From: Cellulomonadaceae bacterium
Lineage (GTDB): Bacteria > Actinomycetota > Actinomycetes > Actinomycetales > Cellulomonadaceae
Assembly: GCA_052086865.1 (NCBI GenBank)
Contig: JBQGOU010000001.1
Coordinates: 1-34,932, forward strand
Length of the DNA stretch: 34,932 bases
Reading direction: 5' to 3'
Shown: one piece after another, positions 29,084 to 34,932 of the stretch
Layout of the letters: the number at the start of each line of letters is the position of its first letter
Numbering within the stretch: position 1 is the stretch's first letter
The notes under the pieces: model-generated
The model's database searches: none
Seen by the model: only the letters and a program-made list of their open reading frames with translations
Told to the model about the DNA's origin: nothing
Made by a program: the position numbers and the translations under genes

Positions 29084-29665
29084 ATGCCGATGACTCGAGG
29101 CCGCGTCAACAGAGGACCGGCCGCCGCGGCCCAGAACCGCGCCGCGATCGTCAAGGCCGCACGTCTGCTCTTTGCCGAACATGGGTACCGAGTCCCCCTG
29201 AGCGCCATCGCTCGTGCGGCCGGTGTGGGTCAAGGGGTGCTCTACCGCCATTTCCCCGATCGCATCGGTCTCGCTCGCCACGTGTTCGAAGACAACTTCA
29301 GGGCTCTGGAAGAGGCGGCGGCCTCGGGAGGCGCCCAGGCCTTCCCTCGGCTGTGGCGGCTACTTCTCGAGCAGACGGTCCGCGAGGCTGCCTTCGTCGA
29401 GATGATGGTCGAGTCCCGGCGGACGGCGGACGACTACGACGGCGGTGCGCGGCTGCGAGAGCTGATTCGCGCGACGCTGCCGGCCGCCCGCACGGCCGGG
29501 GTGGTCGACTCCTGCCTGGCCGTTGACGACGTGCTGCTGGCCTGGCGGATGGCCTTTGGCATCGTCGTGACGTCGACCGTGCCGGGGGAGGCCGAGCGTG
29601 CCATTGCCCGCGCGAACCTCCTCGGGCTCGCCCTGGCCGGGGAGGCCACGCAGACGGCGGACTGA
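29084..29665 (+). CDS. TetR/AcrR family regulator (probably leaderless)
   Basis: NRAAIVKAARLLF...PLSAIARAAGVGQGVLYRHFPDR HTH; -10-like TAGGAT (29072-29077) ends 6 nt before the ATG. Confidence 0.9.
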   Translation: MPMTRGRVNRGPAAAAQNRAAIVKAARLLFAEHGYRVPLSAIARAAGVGQGVLYRHFPDRIGLARHVFEDNFRALEEAAASGGAQAFPRLWRLLLEQTVREAAFVEMMVESRRTADDYDGGARLRELIRATLPAARTAGVVDSCLAVDDVLLAWRMAFGIVVTSTVPGEAERAIARANLLGLALAGEATQTAD

Positions 29666-29752
29666 CCCCCGCTGCTCGTCTATACTCACATCCGGCGGTT
29701 CTCCATCACAGGGGCTGGTGCGCCGGATTATTTCCTTTGATGGAGGTGTGCA

Positions 29753-30982
29753 GTGGCAGAAGGCCTGGCTGAGTCCGCGCGTCGGATCCCGCGATCCGGC
29801 ATTCGCGAGGTGTTCGACCGCTGCGACGACTTCCCGGACGTGCTGTCCCTTGCGGTCGGCGAGCCGGGTGAGCAGATCCCTGAGCACATCACCGCCGCTG
29901 CGCTGCGTGCCATCGAGTCCGGGCACACGCGGTACACCAACGTGCTCGGCGTCGAGCCGTTCCGCGCCGCGGCAGCCGACTACGCCCAGGCGGTCAAGGG
30001 GCTGGCGTACGACGAAGCGACCGAGATCCAGGCGGTGCCCGGGGCCACCTTCGGCATCTACCTCGCCCTGCGCGCGCTGCTCGACCCGGGCGACGAGGTC
30101 ATCATCCCCACGCCGGCCTTCACCTCCTACGACCCGCAGGTGCTGCTGGCCGGCGGCCGTCCTGTGCACGTCCCGCTGCGGCCCGAGAACGGGATGCGGC
30201 TCAACCCTGCGGACGTGGCGCGGGCGGTCAGCCCGCGGACCAAGGTGGTGATCGTCAACTCGCCCGCCAACCCGGTCGGTGCCGTCACGCCCCGGGCGGA
30301 GCTCGAGCGACTGGCCGAGCTGTGCCGGGCGCACGGGCTGTGGGTGATCTCCGACGAGGTCTACCACGCCTTCGTCTACGGCCGTGCCGGGGCCGTCCTG
30401 GGTTCGGCCGGACTGCCCGTAGCACCCACAATCGCCGCGGTGCCGGGGATGCGCGAGCGCACCGTCGTCGTGGAGAGCATGTCGAAGACCTTCGCGATGA
30501 CCGGATGGCGCATCGGATACCTCATGGCGCCGGCCGCCCTGATCGAGGCGACGAGCGCCATCGCGGAGCTGGTCAGCTCCTCCAACAACGCGCCGGCCCA
30601 GTTCGCCGCGGCCGCGGCGCTGTCCGGGCCGCTCGACCACGTGGCGGGGGTCCGTGACCGCTACCAGGCGCGCCGGGACGTCGTCCTCGACCTGGTCGCG
30701 GACTGCCGGACGCTGGCCTGCGTCGCGCCCGAAGGGGCGTTCTACGCCTTCCTCGACGTGCGCGGCACAGGGCTCGGGTCGCAGGAGTTCGCCGCCGGGC
30801 TGCTCGAGTCCGAGCATGTGGCCGTCGTCCCCGGCGAGGCCTTCGGCGAGGCAGGCTCCGGCTTCGTGCGCCTCTCCTACGCCGGCCCCACGGAGCAGGT
30901 GGCCGAAGCGGTCCGGCGCCTGGTCCGGTTTGCCTCCACGGCGCGCCCCGCCCTGGCTCCGGACCTGGTTCTCGCGCGCTGA
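29753..30982 (+). CDS. PLP-dependent aminotransferase class I/II (aspartate aminotransferase-like)
   Basis: LAVGEP, NSPANPVG, ISDEVY, SMSKTFAMTGWRIGY (PLP lysine), PEGAFY, VRLSYA; RBS GGAGG; -10-like TATACT at 29681-29686. Confidence 0.93.
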   Translation: MAEGLAESARRIPRSGIREVFDRCDDFPDVLSLAVGEPGEQIPEHITAAALRAIESGHTRYTNVLGVEPFRAAAADYAQAVKGLAYDEATEIQAVPGATFGIYLALRALLDPGDEVIIPTPAFTSYDPQVLLAGGRPVHVPLRPENGMRLNPADVARAVSPRTKVVIVNSPANPVGAVTPRAELERLAELCRAHGLWVISDEVYHAFVYGRAGAVLGSAGLPVAPTIAAVPGMRERTVVVESMSKTFAMTGWRIGYLMAPAALIEATSAIAELVSSSNNAPAQFAAAAALSGPLDHVAGVRDRYQARRDVVLDLVADCRTLACVAPEGAFYAFLDVRGTGLGSQEFAAGLLESEHVAVVPGEAFGEAGSGFVRLSYAGPTEQVAEAVRRLVRFASTARPALAPDLVLAR

Positions 30983-31002
30983 ACCCCACCTAGACTGGCG
31001 CC

Positions 31003-31446
31003 GTGGACTCCACCGATCGCACCATCCTCGCGACGTTGTCCGGCGACGGCCGCGCCACCCTGGCCCGGCTCGCCGAGGCGACCGGGCTGTCGACCTCGGC
31101 CGTGCAGGCGCGTGTCCAGCGGCTCGAGCGTGCCGGGACCATCCGCGGGTACCAGGCGCTGCTGGACCTGCCGGAGGTCGGACTGCCGACGACGGCGTTC
31201 GTCGAGGTCACCCCGCTCGACCCTGCGGCGCCGGACGACGTCCCGGAGCAGCTCGCCTCGATTGAGGAGATCACCGCCTGCTACTCCGTGGCGGGCGACT
31301 CGAGCTATCTGCTGCTGGTGCGGGTGGCCGCCCCCAGCGACATCGAGGATCTGTTGCACCGCATCCGCGCCGTCGCAGGCGTGCGCAGCCGCACGACCGT
31401 CGTCCTGCGCACCTACTTCGAGAACCGGCCCCCCGCGCTGCCCTAG
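31003..31446 (+). CDS. Lrp/AsnC family regulator (probably leaderless)
   Basis: DSTDRTILATL...LAEATGLSTSAVQARVQRLE HTH, CYSVAGDSSYLL, RSRTTVVL; -10-like TAGACT (30991-30996) ends 6 nt before the GTG. Confidence 0.92.
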   Translation: MDSTDRTILATLSGDGRATLARLAEATGLSTSAVQARVQRLERAGTIRGYQALLDLPEVGLPTTAFVEVTPLDPAAPDDVPEQLASIEEITACYSVAGDSSYLLLVRVAAPSDIEDLLHRIRAVAGVRSRTTVVLRTYFENRPPALP

Positions 31447-31455
31447 CTGTTCCCC

Positions 31456-31680
31456 TCAGCCCGGTGCGCGGCCGTCGTCGGACCGGAACCCGTTGACCTT
31501 GTGCGTGCCGTCGCAGTGCGGCTTGATCGCCGACCCACCGCAACGGCACAGCGCGAGGGTCGGCCGCGGCCGCGCCACCGCGGTGCCGTCCTCCGCGAGC
31601 ACGTGGACGCTGCCCCGGACCAGGATCGGCCCGTCGGGGCACAGCGTGATCTCCACGTCGTCGTCCGGCGGGGACGTCAT
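31456..31680 (-). CDS. CDGSH iron-sulfur domain protein
   Basis: 74 aa from ATG 31680 (overlaps the upstream stop): CPDGPILVRG...LCRCGGSAIKPHCDGTH. Confidence 0.9.
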   Translation of the reverse strand: MTSPPDDDVEITLCPDGPILVRGSVHVLAEDGTAVARPRPTLALCRCGGSAIKPHCDGTHKVNGFRSDDGRAPG

Positions 31681-32771
31681 GGCAGCGGCTGGCGCAGCGA
31701 TGAGCGATCCGCGCCCCAGGCCTCGAGATGGTCCCGGGCCGCGAGATCGTCGAGGAACAGGCAGGCGGTCGCGCCGAACATGATGTCGGGAACGAGTGCC
31801 GGCTCGGCCTCGGCCAGGCCGCCGGCAAGGTCGCGGCCGGCGATCTGCTCGTGGACGGCGTCGGCCGCGACGTGCTCGTCGAAGTAGCGTGTCGCGTCCT
31901 CGCCGAGGCCGTGGCGGCGTAGCCCGTCCCCGTAGAGCCGGTGGGGGATCGAGGACGTCATCTCGTACGCCGTGAGGTGCCCGGTGATCGCTCCGCGCAG
32001 CCGACGGTTCAGGCCGCACAGCGACATGAACGTCGAGGCCGCCAGCGTGATCGCGGGGACGTGGTCGACGTACCGGCCATAGCCGTCGTCAAGCTCGAGG
32101 GCCCGCATCGCGGTGCGGAACAGCTCGCTGTGCATCGACGCGAGTCTGCCGCCGCCGTACTCGTCCGCCTGGATCTCGACGAGCGCCGCCTTGGCCCGGC
32201 CCGCGAGCCGCGGCACCGCCCAGGTGTGCGGGTCGGCTTCCTTGAGCTGGTAGACCGACTTGTGCACCATCAGCTCGCGCAGCTGTGTGAGCGTGGCCCG
32301 TCGCGCCGCGAACCGGGCGACGCTGGGTCCGGTGTCCGCCGCGGTGAGGGTGAACAGGGCCTGCGCCACGTCCGGCGCGGCGGCCGCTGGCAGGTCCCCC
32401 TGCGGCACCCGGGTGCGCAGGTCCGCCTCGACGGCGTCCTCGAGCGCACGACGCAGCGCAATGCCGGCGGGGTCCCACTCCCGGGCATCGTCCACGCCCT
32501 CGATCCCGCGGTAGTGCAGCTCCTGCAGGCAGAACAGGGCGAGCTGGACGTCCTCGTCGTGTGGCAGGTCCCCGCCGCGGTGTTGGTCCTCGAGATGGTC
32601 GATGACCGAGGCCGGTGCCGGCAGCGGTGGACCGTCCGGCGCAAGTGCCGACAGGACCGCTTCGCTCAGGGGACCGCGGGGAGCGGGTCGTGGCAGGCGC
32701 AGGTCGGGCGCGTCCGGCAGGGGCACGCCGAGTCCCGGGGCCGGACAGTCGGTCACGCTGGGGGTGGGCAT
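31677..32771 (-). CDS. Iron-containing redox enzyme (heme-oxygenase-like diiron family)
   Basis: ATG at 32771 after AGGAGG. PRGPLS, ELHYRG, YQLKEADPH, EIQADEYG, HSELF, YEMTS, YFDEHVAADAVHE (Glu/His metal ligands). Confidence 0.85.
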   Translation of the reverse strand: MPTPSVTDCPAPGLGVPLPDAPDLRLPRPAPRGPLSEAVLSALAPDGPPLPAPASVIDHLEDQHRGGDLPHDEDVQLALFCLQELHYRGIEGVDDAREWDPAGIALRRALEDAVEADLRTRVPQGDLPAAAAPDVAQALFTLTAADTGPSVARFAARRATLTQLRELMVHKSVYQLKEADPHTWAVPRLAGRAKAALVEIQADEYGGGRLASMHSELFRTAMRALELDDGYGRYVDHVPAITLAASTFMSLCGLNRRLRGAITGHLTAYEMTSSIPHRLYGDGLRRHGLGEDATRYFDEHVAADAVHEQIAGRDLAGGLAEAEPALVPDIMFGATACLFLDDLAARDHLEAWGADRSSLRQPLP

Positions 32772-32935
32772 GGCGTCCTCCTGGGCCGCGGGCACGTCGT
32801 CGCGCCGTCTCCACCATGCTCCTCGTCGGTTCCGGCCGCACCCTGAACGCCCGAGGGCCACTGCCTCGGCCGGACCTGCGCTCAGGCAGGGCTGCCTTCC
32901 TGGCGGCCGCGGCGCGGAGGGGGTATACACGGAAG

Positions 32936-34828
32936 GTGCCGTTCACTCTCGCCCGTCAGTACCCCCTCGTCGTCGCGACGCTGGTGGTCGCCGCACTCGC
33001 CGGCGCACTGTCGCTGACTCCGGCGGCGGGGACCGTCCCGTGGGTGCTCGGCGTGTTCGCCGTCGCCGTCGCCGTACGGTCCTTCGTCGCGATGGTGCGC
33101 GACGTCGTGCACGGCAAGGCCGGGGTGGACGTCCTCGCGGTCACCGCGATCTGCGCCGCCGTCGCCGTCGGACAGTTCTGGGCGGCGCTGGTGATCGTCC
33201 TGATGCTCACCGGCGGGGAGGCTCTCGAGGACTATGCGGGCCACCGTGCCCGCCGGGACCTGACCGCATTGTTGCGGCACGCCCCGCAGGTCGCGCACCG
33301 CCTGCGTGCGGACGGCACGGCGCAGGACGTGCCGATCGACGACGTGGCGCCGGGCGATCAGGTGCAGGTACTCGCCGGCGAGGTGGTTCCGGTGGACGGT
33401 GTCCTGACCAGCGAGCGCGGCGAGTTCGACGAGTCCTCGCTCACCGGCGAGAGCCTCCCCGTCGACGTCGTCGCCGGGGGCGAGGTGCTCAGCGGTGCGG
33501 TCAACGGCACAGCAACCGTGGTGCTGCGGGCCAAACGCTCCGCCAAGGACAGTCAGTACCAGCAGATCGTCGCGCTCGTGCGAGAGGCGGCCGGGTCCAG
33601 GTCCCGCGTGGTGCGCCTCGCGGACCGCTTCGCCGTGCCCTTCACCGTCGTCGCCTTCACCATCGCGGGCCTCGCCTGGTGGCTCTCGGGTGAGGCGACA
33701 CGTTTTGCGGAGGTGCTGGTGGTCGCCACACCGTGTCCGCTGATCATCGCCGCGCCGGTGGCCTTCATGGCCGGCATGAGCCGGTCTGCCCGTGAAGGCA
33801 TCATCGTCAAGAGCAGTGACACCCTCGAAACCCTGCGCCGGGCCCGCACCGTGGCGTTCGACAAGACCGGCACCTTGACGCAAGGGCATCCCTCCCTCGT
33901 CGCCGTCCATCCCCGGGGTCACTCCGCCGAGGAGCTGCTGCGACTGACCGCCTCGGTCGAGGCGCTGTCCTCCCACGTCCTGGCCACTGCTGTCCTGACT
34001 GCCGTCCGCGAGCGGGGAATCGGCGTCGTCCCCGCCACGGACGCTCGGGAGACTCCTGCGCGCGGGGTCAGCGCCCAGGTCGGGGGGCACGCCGTGGTGG
34101 TGGGCAAGCTCCAGTATGTCGCGGATGCCGTAGGCGCGACGGTGCCGGCGGTGTCGCTCGCCAGCGGCGAGATCGGGGTGTACGTCGCCGTCGACGGCGC
34201 ATATGCGGGCGCGCTCGTGCTGCGCGACGAGGTGCGGGGTGACGCGAAGGCGACGGTCCTCGACGTGCGCGCCCAGGGCATCGAGCACGTGGTCATGCTC
34301 ACCGGTGACGCGCGGCCGACGGCCATGCATGTTGCTGCCGAGCTCGGAATCACCCAGGTGCACGCCGAGTGCCTGCCGGCCGACAAGGTGCGTGCGGTCC
34401 GGCAGATCGCCGACCGCCCCGTGGTCATGGTCGGGGACGGCGTCAACGACGCACCGGTGCTTGCGGCAGCCGACGTCGGGATCGCGATGGGGGCACGTGG
34501 TTCGACGGCCGCCAGCGAGTCCGCCGACGTGGTCGTGCTGCGGGACGACATCATGTGCGCCGCACGGGCGATCCGCGTGGGCCGCGAGACCGTGCACGTC
34601 GCGCTGCAGTCGATCGGGATCGGCATCGGGCTGAGCGTCGTGCTGATGCTCGTGGCCGCCGGGGGCGTCCTCCCGGCGCTGGCCGGAGCGTGGACCCAGG
34701 AGGGCGTCGACCTCGTGTCGATCCTGTGGGCGCTGCGCGCCGTGACGGGTCGCCGCGGTGACGTTCCCACCGGGGGAGGCCGCGGGGCTCAGGCGCCTGC
34801 CGTGCGAGCCGGTTCCCGCGCCGGCTGA
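32936..34828 (+). CDS. Heavy-metal P-type ATPase, P1B-5-like
   Basis: Probable GTG start at 32936. DESSLTGES, TPCP, DKTGTLT, MVGDGVNDAP, QSIGIGIGLSVVLM (Qx4Gx3Sx3M), QEGVD. No N-terminal metal-binding domain. Confidence 0.9.
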   Translation: MPFTLARQYPLVVATLVVAALAGALSLTPAAGTVPWVLGVFAVAVAVRSFVAMVRDVVHGKAGVDVLAVTAICAAVAVGQFWAALVIVLMLTGGEALEDYAGHRARRDLTALLRHAPQVAHRLRADGTAQDVPIDDVAPGDQVQVLAGEVVPVDGVLTSERGEFDESSLTGESLPVDVVAGGEVLSGAVNGTATVVLRAKRSAKDSQYQQIVALVREAAGSRSRVVRLADRFAVPFTVVAFTIAGLAWWLSGEATRFAEVLVVATPCPLIIAAPVAFMAGMSRSAREGIIVKSSDTLETLRRARTVAFDKTGTLTQGHPSLVAVHPRGHSAEELLRLTASVEALSSHVLATAVLTAVRERGIGVVPATDARETPARGVSAQVGGHAVVVGKLQYVADAVGATVPAVSLASGEIGVYVAVDGAYAGALVLRDEVRGDAKATVLDVRAQGIEHVVMLTGDARPTAMHVAAELGITQVHAECLPADKVRAVRQIADRPVVMVGDGVNDAPVLAAADVGIAMGARGSTAASESADVVVLRDDIMCAARAIRVGRETVHVALQSIGIGIGLSVVLMLVAAGGVLPALAGAWTQEGVDLVSILWALRAVTGRRGDVPTGGGRGAQAPAVRAGSRAG

Positions 34829-34932
34829 CCCCGCCGCGGATTCCGCGCTGTGGACGGTTCAGAGCGGTCCGCCGTGCGGATTCCGCGCGGCGTGCGCCAG
34901 CCGCGGGGCGCTGGACAGCTGGGGGTGGCGGG

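Noticed and set aside
34836-34888. Two copies of the palindromic GCGGATTCCGCGC, 40 bp apart, after the ATPase
   Set aside because: Short, GC-rich and at the window edge; could be terminator or REP-like, but no function can be supported.

Overview
High-GC actinobacterial DNA (gene content resembles Micrococcales; inference) in two parts. The left part (1-26638) looks like the right portion of a tRNA-integrated, mobilisable island. It carries about 18 kb of metal-chelate uptake genes: an MFS transporter, an ECF module with two MptD-family S-components, two IrtAB/YbtPQ-type ABC pairs (one half has an in-frame TGA), a FepCDG-like importer, two duplicated lipoprotein binding proteins and two TetRs, with both IdeR/DtxR-like and Zur/Fur-like boxes. 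It then has a MobF relaxase-helicase, a small membrane protein, a 1142-aa HNH-nuclease-NACHT (NLR-like) candidate anti-phage protein and a double-HTH ORF, and ends at a tRNA 3' remnant followed by a terminator hairpin. The right part (26761-34932) looks like host chromosome: SRPBCC protein, KstD-like flavoprotein with divergent TetR, class I/II aminotransferase, Lrp, CDGSH protein, heme-oxygenase-like diiron enzyme and a P1B-5-type ATPase. The best novelty candidates are the HNH-NACHT defence gene and the apparently dual Zn/Fe-regulated uptake locus. All calls come from reading motifs by eye; no database searches were run.
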